64,000 bases of DNA from Macrostomum lignano (lineage: Eukaryota), in NCBI GenBank assembly GCA_002269645.1, contig NIVC01000225.1, positions 350,416-414,415 on the forward strand, in the 5' to 3' direction. The position numbers and the translations under genes are program-made. Below the pieces are notes generated by a model. It was given only the letters and a program-made list of their open reading frames with translations, ran no database searches and was not told where the DNA came from. The first letter of the stretch is position 1. Every line of letters starts with the position of its first letter. Below are positions 25,501-36,337 of the stretch, in pieces.

Positions 25501-26482
25501 GCACAGGGACGTGGCAGTCCAGCACCAAGTGCATACAGGTGCTGATGACCTGGTTCGTGTACTGCTGTCCTCCACTCGGACGTGATGTCTTGGTGATGAT
25601 GGAGCCCACACTCTGCTGTTGAAGCTTCTCGTTTGCTTCACAGATGAGGCCGTGCAAACTGCGGGTATCGGCTCTGAGCTCCTTCACTCTCTCAGTGGCG
25701 AGCTGACTTGACTTGCTACGGCTGTTGGCACGCCTCAAGCGCAGGTCACGCCTACGGCTGGCAGATGATGCAAAGGCCTGCCGCTTGGCATGCTCAGCAC
25801 GCAGCTTGTCGTATCTGCCTTGTAGCCGTCTGAGACGCTGATTCCAGACGCGAATTTCAGGCCGCTTGGCTAGCTTAGCCCTCAGTCGCCGGACTTCAGC
25901 TTTCTGCTCGGCCAGGGCGGCCTTCAGCTGCGCAACTTTGGCTTTGGCCTTGTGAACTCGCAGATCAACAATGGCTGCCTCGATGCCGATCTTCTCTTCG
26001 ACAGAGACACTCATGCCAGACTGCTTCGATTGGTCAAGCCTTGCTGGAGTCGGTGAGTTCGAGGCCATTGGCATTGGTGATGTTGACAAAGGCACAATCG
26101 GCATTGCCATTGGGTTCAACAGCTGTTGCAATGCCGCTGGAGGTTCGAATTCTCGTGCCAAATGGGCCTCATATGTCGAGATGCCATCACCAGACGCAGC
26201 CTCACGAGTGTGACTCTTCAGCAGAATTTGGGCTTCTCTCTCTAAATCCTTAATCCTTTTCAGGAGTGCCTTCTTCAGATTGTCAGAGACAAACTCCATC
26301 AAGTGAGAAGGTAGCCCAACCAGTTTCAGAATCGGCTGGGCCTTGTCAAGTCCTGTATGGGCCTGGCTGCTGGACTTGAGATGAGTAATCACCTGGCCAT
26401 TGGTGACTGGGCGAATGGATGATCTGGACCTGCCACGAAGCCGAAGGTTGGGCTTGGTCTTGGGTGTGGAGGATGTGGCCAT
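22600..26482 (-). CDS. DDE transposase (1,171 aa) with CxxH motif, RG repeat and C-terminal Spindlin-like Tudor domain; exons 26482-25265, 25089-24073, 23956-23398, 23321-22600
   Basis: Three GT-AG introns (phases 0, 0, 1) join four open frames without stops. Putative catalytic D (TILHDATS), D (FLMTDRHVVN), CxxH (LFCGMHV), E (DNVAVERGFGMLD). Confidence 0.9.
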
Positions 26483-27279
26483 AGATAGTATTGTTTAGTC
26501 AGTCAGTACTCCAGTAGTCTACTCCAGTGGCAGCTGGAATGGTAACATATTGATTGACTTACTGAGTTACTCAGGTGATTCAGTGCCAAATAAGTATGAA
26601 TATGTCTCATTATCAATAATGAGACATATAATTTATGTCTCAGTTATCAATAGTTTATAATATATTTGTAATATTTATAATAATATAAATAAACTTATAA
26701 TATATTATTTATTATGATACATTTAATTTTAATTTATAATAATATAATAAATATAATTTATTATGTTTTTTAAATTTAGTATAATAAATTTATAATAATT
26801 TATCAATAAAATCAAATTGTAGCTTTAAAAAGCATATGTATTGCCCCCGTGACCACACACAGTTATCATTTTTCCTATACTTAGTGCAAAATAACTTAAG
26901 AAGAAAGGACACCACTGACTTGCCTTGTACATAGCAAGCAAGGCAAGAAAAAAAGCAAAAAAATGACACCAAGAACAGCAAAATTGGTAATACAAAACGA
27001 AAGTTCTTGCTGGTCAACCACGAAAAAAACAAATATTTTGGAAAAAATGATCACAGCCCATAATGCAAATATCCCATAAGAGAATCCGCAAAAAATGGTC
27101 ACTAAAATGGCCACAACTTTCTTATTCCTTTACCAAATCTAATAATATAATACTTTTTGCAAACAAGAAAGTAAGATCTATCAGATAAGCATAAAAAATC
27201 TGTCAGACTTTTAACTTTCAAAATCTCACTGGAGTCCCTACTATAAAAGAAACCCTAAAGCAAAAATTAATGCAATTTT

Positions 27280-27341
27280 GGATAAATGGCAGAAGTAACT
27301 TGACTGTCTTATTAAGGCTAAATGCCTTGTCATCTAATTAA
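27280..27341 (+). rRNA. Second degenerate 28S fragment of the same region, CpG-decayed
   Basis: GGATAAATGGCAGAAGTAACT-TGACTGTCTT...AAATGCCTTGTCATCTAATTA; the CpGs of the 28S consensus appear as TpG/CpA. Confidence 0.7.
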
Positions 27342-29341
27342 TTAATACTACATTTATGTTCCTATAGGGGCATTTTTGTGACTTACCCTTAGTCTACCAC
27401 AGTTTATAGAGGCTAAATCAGCCATGTTGGCCAGCAGTTGCATATGTATGATTCAGAATCTAAAAAATTGCCTTAAGGCAGAATATCTATCAGAGCATTA
27501 GCTATGACCCTCAAATCCCAATCATGCTCAGACTGAAAGAGAAACTCTCAATAAGAGCAAACATAAATGTTAAATTAGAATATATATGAAATAGGAATAA
27601 ATATAATGCTACAAGACTGCTTAGGCCTTAGGCCAATATTACTAATATATAATATCCTATTGATTCTAAATGAAATGCTACTAGTATATAATAAAGTATT
27701 AAAAGTGCATCCAAGTATTATGTTAGAAAATAGCCTAGACAAGCCAAGAAAGAAAGCAAACTCTTATAAAAACTTTAATGATAGCTATGGGATAATTTTA
27801 AGTGGGTAAAATTATAATACCACTTTTGTGACATTGGGGTCAACAATTAGATTCATAAAAAGCAAATTAAACCTCTAAGTACTTTATTGCATTTTATAAT
27901 GATTTTTAAATTAAAGCTTACATCATTTTTTCAATTTTAAAAATACAAGTGCTCCTATTTTTGTGAGTGTCACAGTTTTTTTAAAGCCATTTCTATGAAA
28001 ATTTAGTTTGTTGTTATTGCATTAAAAACTAGATAAATATATTCAAACAGTTTTTCTCTATGACAAAGTATTTTTTCTCTTTTGTCTAGTTTATTTAATT
28101 TGCTTAATTTAGGGTCTATTCTAAGTGACTACATTCCAAAGTTATTCATTCACAAAAACCTACTCTTTACTAAAAGTTGTATTCTATATGCATATTGGCA
28201 AGTCATGGGGCCCTTACTAAAGTCCCTACCAATATGTTGAATATGATACAGGGTCTAACTTATAATACCTAGTATTTTTTAACTAAGTCAAGGCTTTTGC
28301 ATGGGCTAGCCTAATCTTAATGCCCAAACACTGCTTTTTATTTCTAACTAAGCTATATAGTTATATTGTATTTTTTAGGTATTATGCATTATAAAATCAA
28401 CTATATACATTAATTAAATGATTTAAGCCTAATATTTATGCCTTAGGCCTATGTCTATTAGGTAGTAAGATAGTATAAGTGTTGAGGTATTTTGAAGTAA
28501 TAAGAAATTTTCTTCTAACTTTAAATTGAATTAAACTTAATAAATTGAAATTTTTATCCAACAAGAAAAACTAAGTTGAAAAACTAACTGCATTAACTCA
28601 AAAATTTTGCCTTTATTACCCCAATCACAATGACAATGTGCTTGTGGCATATAAAATATTTTTTGAGTTCTTGACCCTAAAGACTTAAGAGCTTCTCTTG
28701 CATTGAAAATAAAAATATTCATCTCAACTTCAGCATCTATCAACATATTTACATAATACCATTATATATGTTGAGTAAAAAAATTAAATATTAAACTTTT
28801 AAATCAAATATTCAATTTCAATATGCAGATCAGGTGGCTATCTTCTAGTTTTTTTAATAGAAATTGGGCTTTAATTGAAATTTACAATAAATTAGATTCT
28901 ACTTCATCTGTAATTATTCTTATTAATTAATTTATTTGAGCTTATCATATTTACTTTATTTCTACAACCATATATACATACCATTGCCAATGAAAACCCA
29001 CATATGAGTTGACACACCCAATCATTGTTCACTAGGCTCTCAGTTATTATCAAACAAATTTCTTAGTATTTAGTATTTCAGTCTTCAAAAATTGTAAATA
29101 TCCTGATTAAAACTACTACTACTAGTGCTTGTACAACCTGCTAATTACATGTCTATTTATTACCTTTGTTTTGTTTGTTATTTAACATGTTTAATTAGCT
29201 TTATTTTTGTTATTATTACATACATAGGTTTCATAAAAACCTATGTTGCTGCTGACAATGGCTGATATGATTTATAAAGCAAGCATAAACAGTGCCTGTA
29301 TTTTTCATTCTAACTTTGCAGGATAATTGTTAGCAGCAACC

Positions 29342-30025
29342 ATGCATTACATTGTACTAGTTGCTGGAGGCTCATTCAATCCAGTCACTAATATGCACCT
29401 GCGCATGTTTGAATTAGCCAGGGATGCTTTAATTAAAACTGGCCAATTCAAAGTCCTTGGCGGTATAGTGTCCCCAGTGTCTGACGGATATAACAAGCCC
29501 GGCTTATTGCCTTCTAAGCATCGGATTGAGATGCTCAAACTGGCTCTGGGCAGAGGCGGCTGTAGCGATGGAATTCCTAGCAGTTGGATACGGCTGGGCA
29601 CATGGGAGGCTGTTAGATCGCAATGGACTCCAACTAGGAAAGTGTTGGATCATTATCAGCGCAGAATTGATGCAATGCTGGCTGACACTGATGAGGCTCA
29701 GTTGAATGGACCGCCAGATGGAAAGCGGTCAAGAATCGGTGTGTAAAAACCTTCTATCTTTCTAGAAATCGGCAAACTTTCTTTACCTAGCTAATGTAAC
29801 AGAAGATTAGAGATGAGAAAAGAGAAATTTGTTAATTTTATGATTTTTTAGATGAAGAATCTGACGAGCTCGCTTGGTTGCGCAGTCTGGTGGCCAAGCT
29901 GCGAGCCAAGGAGAGCCAACCAGATGTCCGCATCATGCTGCTGTGCGGTGGCGACGTGTTGCAGAGCTTCGCTGTGAAAGGCGTCTGGCAGGAGGAGGAC
30001 GTGAGTTCTGTTCTGTCTGTCTGTC

Positions 30026-30088
<63 letters not shown>

Positions 30089-30339
30089 GTCTGTCTCTGT
30101 CTGTCTGTCTGTCTGTCTGTCTGTGTCTGTGTCTGTCTGTCTGTGTCTGTCTCTCTGTCTGTCGGTCTGTCTCTGTCTGTCTGTCTGTGTCTTTCTGTCT
30201 GTCTCTCTCTCTGTCTGTCTGTCTGTGTCTGCCTGTCTGTGTCTATCTTTATGTCTGTCTGTCTGTCTGTGTCTGTTTGTCTGTCTGTCTGTGTGTCTGT
30301 CTGTCTGTCTGTCTGTATGTCTGTCTGTCTGTCTGTCTG

Positions 30340-30370
<31 letters not shown>

Positions 30371-30415
30371 ATATATATCTATCTATCCATCTATCTATCT
30401 ATATATCTATCTATC

Positions 30416-30459
<44 letters not shown>

Positions 30460-31105
30460 CATCTATATATCTATCTATCTATCATGCAGATGGTGTCGAT
30501 CGTGCGCGATTACGGCATGGTGGTGCTGTCTCGGCCCGGCTCCGATCCGCACAGGTTTGTGCACACCTTTGATCTCATCAATCCTTATGAGGTGAGCGAT
30601 ACACTCTAAGCTATCTATCTGATTTGATGATTTAGCGATCCTTTCATCCTGTTCCACCCCTATCTATCCTGTCCCACCCCTATCTATCCTGTCCCACCCC
30701 TATCTATCCTGTCCCACCCCTATCTATCCTGTCCCACCCCTATCTATCCTGTCCCACCCATATCTATCCTGTCTATCCCCCCTGTGCCTCAACCTTATCT
30801 ATGGCAGGATATTTACCCAGCGAACGCAAAATTTTGCAGCGCAACATTCGCCTAGTGACCGAGTGGGCAGTGAATGACATCAGCTCAACGCTGATTCGTC
30901 GCACTCTGCAACGCAACGAAAGCGTTCGTTACATGCTACCCGATCCTGTCATAGATTATATCTATCGCAATGGGCTGTACGGAAGTACTGCCTCTTGGCC
31001 TAGGTACGTTGCTTTCTGTTTTATAATATTGAAATTTAATCACTTAAAGCTTAGTAAGTTTTAGTCTGTTCTTTGCCTTTCAGATTGGAAAACTTTGCCG
31101 ACTAA
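29342..31105 (+). CDS. NMNAT: Nicotinamide/nicotinate mononucleotide adenylyltransferase (277 aa); exons 29342-29738, 29852-30000, 30490-30591, 30840-31003, 31084-31105
   Basis: [51 protein letters not shown] motifs; splice phases 1/0/0/2 consistent; basic PPDGKRSR insert in the targeting region. Confidence 0.95.
30011..30483. repeat. Bipartite (CTGT)n-(CTAT)n microsatellite forming almost all of NMNAT intron 2
   Basis: Direct. Confidence 0.95.
30655..30780. repeat. 20-bp tandem repeat (CCCCTATCTATCCTGTCCCA) in NMNAT intron 3
   Basis: Direct. Confidence 0.9.
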
Positions 31106-31370
31106 ATATTGTGTTGTTGCCGATGTTTTGCCTTGTGAATGCCTCACACTAAATAGAGATGTTTTACTGACATAGATGTTACTCATAATTGAAGCTTTTT
31201 ACTTTATATTCATGTAGTATGACTGCTTCTTGACAGGCCTTCGGTCAGTTGATTATTATTAAAAATTAATACTTTGATATTTTTAAGTTCGTCGACTGTT
31301 TAAAACTACTTTTGTTTTCTATTTGCATTTCTTTAGATTCTTTGTTTCTGGTTTTATAGTGCTGCTAACA

Positions 31371-32695
31371 TCTGTGTTGTGTCATCTAGTGCTACCCTCC
31401 TCTGTGTGTCACCTAGTGAGTTGCTACCCTCCTCTGTGTGTCATCTAGTGAGTTTCTACCCTCCTCTGTGTATGTCATCTAGTGAGTTTCTACCCTCCTC
31501 TGTGTATGTCATCTAGTGAGTTTCTACCCTCCTCTGTGTGTCACCTAGTGAGTTGCTACCCTCCTCTGTGTGTCATCTAGTGAGTTGCTACCCTCCTCTG
31601 TGTGTCATCTAGTGAGTTTCTACCCTCCTCTGTGTATGTCATCTAGTGAGTTTCTACCCTCCTCTGTGTATGTCATCTAGTGAGTTTCTACCCTCCTCTG
31701 TGTGTCACCTAGTGAGTTGCTACCCTCCTCTGTGTGTCATCTAGTGAGTTTCTACCCTCCTCTGTGTATGTCATCTAGTGAGTTTCTACCCTCCTCTGTG
31801 TATGTCATCTAGTGAGTTTCTACCCTCCTCTGTGTGTCATCTAGTGAGTTTCTACCCTCCTCTGTGTGTCACCTAGTGAGTTGCTACCCTCCTCTGTGTG
31901 TCATCTAGTGATTTTCTACCCTCTGTGTGTCATCTAGTGATTTTCTACCCTCTGTGTGTCATCTAGTGATTTTCTACCCTCCTCTGTGTGTCACCTAGTG
32001 ATTTTCTACCCTCCTCTGTGTGTCATCTAGTGAGTTTCTACCCTCCTCTGTGTGTCATCTAGTGATTTTCTACCCTCTGTGTGTCATCTAGTGAGTTTCT
32101 ACCCTCTGTGTGTCATCTAGTGAGTTTCTACCCTCCTCTGTGTGTCATCTAGTGAGTTTCTACCCTCCTCTGTGTGTCATCTAGTGATTTTCTACCCTCT
32201 GTGTGTCATCTAGTGAGTTTCTACCCTCCTCTGTGTGTCATCTAGTGAGTTTCTACCCTCCTCTGTGTGTCATCTAGTGATTTTCTACCCTCTGTGTGTC
32301 ATCTAGTGAGTTTCTACCCTCCTCTGTGTGTCATCTAGTGATTTTCTACCCTCTGTGTGTCATCTAGTGATTTTCTACCCTCTGTGTGTCATCTAGTGAT
32401 TTTCTACCCTCCTCTGTGTGTCACCTAGTGATTTTCTACCCTCCTCTGTGTGTCATCTAGTGAGTTTCTACCCTCCTCTGTGTGTCACCTAGTGATTTTC
32501 TACCCTCCTCTGTGTGTCATCTAGTGAGTTTCTACCCTCCTCTGTGTGTCATCTAGTGATTTTCTACCCTCTGTGTGTCATCTAGTGAGTTTCTACCCTC
32601 CTCTGTGTGTCATCTAGTGAGTTTCTACCCTCCTCTGTGTGTCATCTAGTGATTTTCTACCCTCTGTGTGTCATCTAGTGAGCTTCTACCCTCCT
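31371..32695. repeat. Minisatellite, ~32-bp unit (TGTGTGTCATCTAGTGAGTTTCTACCCTCCTC)
   Basis: Direct. Confidence 0.97.
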
Positions 32696-33089
32696 GAAAT
32701 GAGTTTCAATTTTGCTTTGCAACGAAAGTTTTTGCTTAATACCATGACTTTACTTTTGTATTTGTTAATTCTTACATCTTTGACCTGTTGTCTTTTAGAG
32801 ACTTAGTCTAGCTAAAAGTGCAACTCTTGCCTTCTAAGCACCCAAATTTCAAAATTAGGGCGTTAACCGTAAGTTTCATATTTTGCCAAGCGTTCTGGTG
32901 TGCAATTTAATAATAAAATAAGTTGTTTTTGTTCTATCACCAATATATTAGCAGATGAGCTTTTCTGAAATACATTCTTTTAATCACAGCCATACTAGGC
33001 ATGCATAAGAAGAGAGCGTTGCTATTCTCTTTTTCCAATACTTACCTAATCAACTTACTAATACGTATTCCCAATGCCTGTTTTAATTC

Positions 33090-34347
33090 CTCACTCAAAT
33101 CCCCACTCAAATCCCCACTCAAATCCCTACTCAAATCCCACACTATTTCAAATCCCCACTCAAATCCCACACTATTTCAAATCCCCACTCAAATCCCACA
33201 CTATTTCAAATCCCCACTCAGATCCGACACTATTTTAAATCCCCACTCAAATCCCACACTATTTCAAATCCCCACTCAGATCCGACACTATTTTAAATCC
33301 CCACTCAAATCCCTACTCAAATCCCACTCTATTTAAATCCCCACTCAAATCCCCACTCAAATCCCACACTATTTCAAATCCCCACTCAGATCCGACACTA
33401 TTTTAAATCCCCACTCAAATCCCTACTCAAATCCCACTCTATTTAAATCCCCACTCAAATCCCCACTCAAATCCCACACTATTTCAAATCCCCACTCAGA
33501 TCCCACACTATTTTAAATCCCCACTCAAATCCCACACTATTTCAAATCCCCACTCAGATCCGACACTATTTTAAATCCCCACTCAAATCCCACACTATTT
33601 CAAATCCCCACTCAGATCCGACACTATTTTAAATCCCCACTCAAATCCCTACTCAAATCCCACTCTATTTAAATCCCCACTCAAATCCCCACTCAAATCC
33701 CACACTATTTCAAATCCCCACTCAGATCCCACACTATTTTAAATCCCCACTCAAATCCCACACTATTTCAAATCCCCACTCAGATCCCACACTATTTTAA
33801 ATCCCCACTCAAATCCCTACTCAAATCCCACACTATTTAAATCCCCACTCAAATCCCCACTCAAATCCCACACTATTTTAAATCCCCACTCAAATGCCTA
33901 CTCAAATTCCAATTTTTTTCTTCAAATCCCCACTCAAATCCCACACTATTTTAAATCCCCACTCAAATGCCTACTCAAATCCCAATTTTTTTTCAAATCT
34001 CTACTTAAATCCCACAGCATTTCGAATCCCCACTCAACTCCCACAGCATTTCAAATCCCCACTCAACTCCCACAGCATTTCAAATCCCCACTCAACTCCC
34101 ACAGCATTTCAAATCCCCACTCAACTCCCACAGCATTTCAAATCCCCACTCAACTCCCACAGCATTTCAAATCCCCACTCAACTCCCACAGCATTTCAAA
34201 TCCCCACTCAACTCCCACAGCATTTCAAATCCCCACTCAACTCCCACAGCATTTCAAATCCCCACTCAACTCCCACAGCATTTCAAATCCCCACTCAACT
34301 CCCACAGCATTTCAAATCCCCACTCAACTCCCACAGCATTTCAAATC
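33090..34347. repeat. Minisatellite built from AAATCCCCACTC subunits (~29-bp higher-order unit), switching variant near 34010
   Basis: Direct. Confidence 0.95.
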
Positions 34348-34395
34348 GTGACCCTGCAAAAAGCCAATTGCCAGCTGTTCCTCCAAAGCCGATCC

Positions 34396-35259
34396 ATGGT
34401 GGTGCTACTCCGGTTAATTCAACGCTGCAGCGGCGGCGGCAGCAGCGGCGGTCGCAGCGGCGACACGGACGCCGACACAGATTTATACGGCCCGGCGGAG
34501 GCTGTCCTTTTTGCCATTGGCCAGCCGTTTCGCGTGTTGCAGACTCTGGCATTGGCTTCTGGGGGAGATTTTTCTGTTGCGGTGTCCTCAGCTCGCCCCG
34601 CCTTGTCTGCCCTGGTGCTGACCGGCCTGCCTGTGGGTCTCCTCTGCGACTGCCTGCTCACAGCCGGCCTGCAGCTCTCCTTGCAGCGGCCGCCCATTCC
34701 TACGCGATCTGCTTCGAGAAACCAGCAGCAGCAGCAGCAACAGCAGCAGCAATCGTTCTTCTCTTTGAACACGGCTCGTCTTCTAGGCTTCAATGCCTAC
34801 GCCTGTTTGGTGACTCAACCGCTGCGGGTGCTGCAGCTGCGCCAGCTGCTCAGCCTGACCGCCGGCTCCGCCTCGGTGTCCGTCCTGACCGCCGCTCGCG
34901 CCGTCTACGCCGAGAACGGCTGGCGCGGCTTCTTTGCCGGCTTTGCCGGTCGGGCGCTTCGGCACTGCTCCCTGGTGCTGGCCTTCCTGGCGGCTGCTCG
35001 CCTGCGGCGCTGGCTGCTGGCGCGTCGCGCCGTGGCGCCGCCGAAGCCGCTGGCTGGCGCGCCTAGTAGAGTGGTTTTTCCTTCGGCGGTGTACTGCCTG
35101 GCTGGCCAGCTGCTGCACCCGCTGGCGGCCTGGGAGGTGGCCACAGTGGCCGCGGCGGCGGCCGCCGCTGTACCCTCTGCCGTGTCGCTGTTCCCCCTGT
35201 CGTATTCTTGCGCTCCGGTGCAATCGGCTGTGCGTATTTTAGCCGAGATGAGGCGCTAG
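34396..35259 (+). CDS. Divergent mitochondrial carrier-family protein (SLC25; MTCH/SLC25A46-like), ~287 aa; start uncertain
   Basis: Degenerate carrier signatures QPFRVLQ, QPLRVLQLRQ, HPLAAWE and AARAVYAENGWRGFFAGF; GC-rich codon usage; poly-Q insert. Confidence 0.6.
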   Translation: MVVLLRLIQRCSGGGSSGGRSGDTDADTDLYGPAEAVLFAIGQPFRVLQTLALASGGDFSVAVSSARPALSALVLTGLPVGLLCDCLLTAGLQLSLQRPPIPTRSASRNQQQQQQQQQQSFFSLNTARLLGFNAYACLVTQPLRVLQLRQLLSLTAGSASVSVLTAARAVYAENGWRGFFAGFAGRALRHCSLVLAFLAAARLRRWLLARRAVAPPKPLAGAPSRVVFPSAVYCLAGQLLHPLAAWEVATVAAAAAAAVPSAVSLFPLSYSCAPVQSAVRILAEMRR

Positions 35260-35357
35260 AGATCTGCGGTGCAGTTTCTGATAAACTAGTAAATGATTGA
35301 GAGCTTGGTTTGCCTTCGATTGAAGAGAAAAGCTTTGTTGCGTCTCCCCCCCCTATC

Positions 35358-36337
35358 ACCTCAATGATCCATCTAGAATCGCCCCCTCATATATCCATCT
35401 AGAATCGCCCCCCCCCCTAAATGATCCATCTGGAATCGCCCCCCCCCTAAATGATCCATCTAGAATCGCCCCCCCCCCTAAATGATCCATCTGGAATCGC
35501 CCCCCCCCTAAATGATCCATCTGGAATCGCCCCCCTCCCCTAAATGATCCATCTAGAATCTCCCCCCTCAATGATCCATCTAGAATCGCCCCCCCCCCCC
35601 AATGATCCATCTAGAATCTAGAATCGCCCCCCTCCCCTAAATGATCCATCTAGAATCGCCCCCCTCCCCTAAATGATCCATCTAGAATCGCCCCCCCCAA
35701 TGATCCATCTAGAATCGCCCCCCCCCAATGATCCATCTAGAATCTAGAATCGCCCCCCCCCAATGATCCATCTAGAATCGCCCCCTCAATGATCCATCTA
35801 GAATCGCCCCCCTCAATGATCCATTTAGAATCGCCCCCTCAATGATCCATCTAGAATCGCCCCGCCTCAATGATCCATCTAGAATCGCCCCCTCAATGAT
35901 CCATTTAGAATCGCCCCCCTCAATGATCCATCTAGAATCGCCCCCCTCAATGATCCATCTAGAATCGCCCCGCCTCAATGATCCATCTAGAATCGCCCCC
36001 TCAATGATCCATCTAGAATCTAAAATCGCCCCCACCCCACTAAATGATCCATCTAGAATCGCCCCCCCCTAAATGATCAATCTAGAATCGCCCCCCTCAA
36101 TGATCCATCTAGAATCGCCCCCCCCCCCTAAATGATCCATCTAGAATCGCCCCGTCTCAATGATCCATCTAGAATCCCCCCTCAATGATCCATCTAGAAT
36201 CCCCCCTCAATGATCCATCTAGAATCCCCCCTCAATTATCCATCTAGAATCCCCCCTCAATTATCCATCTAGAATCTCCCCCCCCCCCTCAATGATCCAT
36301 CTAGATTTGCCCCCAATGATCCATCTAGAATCGCCCC
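35358..36337. repeat. Minisatellite, ~28-30-bp unit (AATGATCCATCTAGAATCGCCCCCCT)
   Basis: Direct. Confidence 0.95.

Larger units (their letters stand above)
21196..27240 (-). mobile_element. Complete autonomous-type DNA transposon (hAT-related, 7-bp TSD; hATw-like), 6,045 bp
   Basis: Left end TAGAGACTCCGGCGAG; reverse complement of right end TAGGGACTCCAGTGAG (13/16). Perfect TSD CTATAAA at 21189-21195 and 27241-27247. Encloses the transposase gene. Confidence 0.88.

Noticed and set aside
33894-35066. 390-aa ORF overlapping the carrier gene
   Set aside because: First half is minisatellite, second half is an alternative frame of GC-rich coding DNA.
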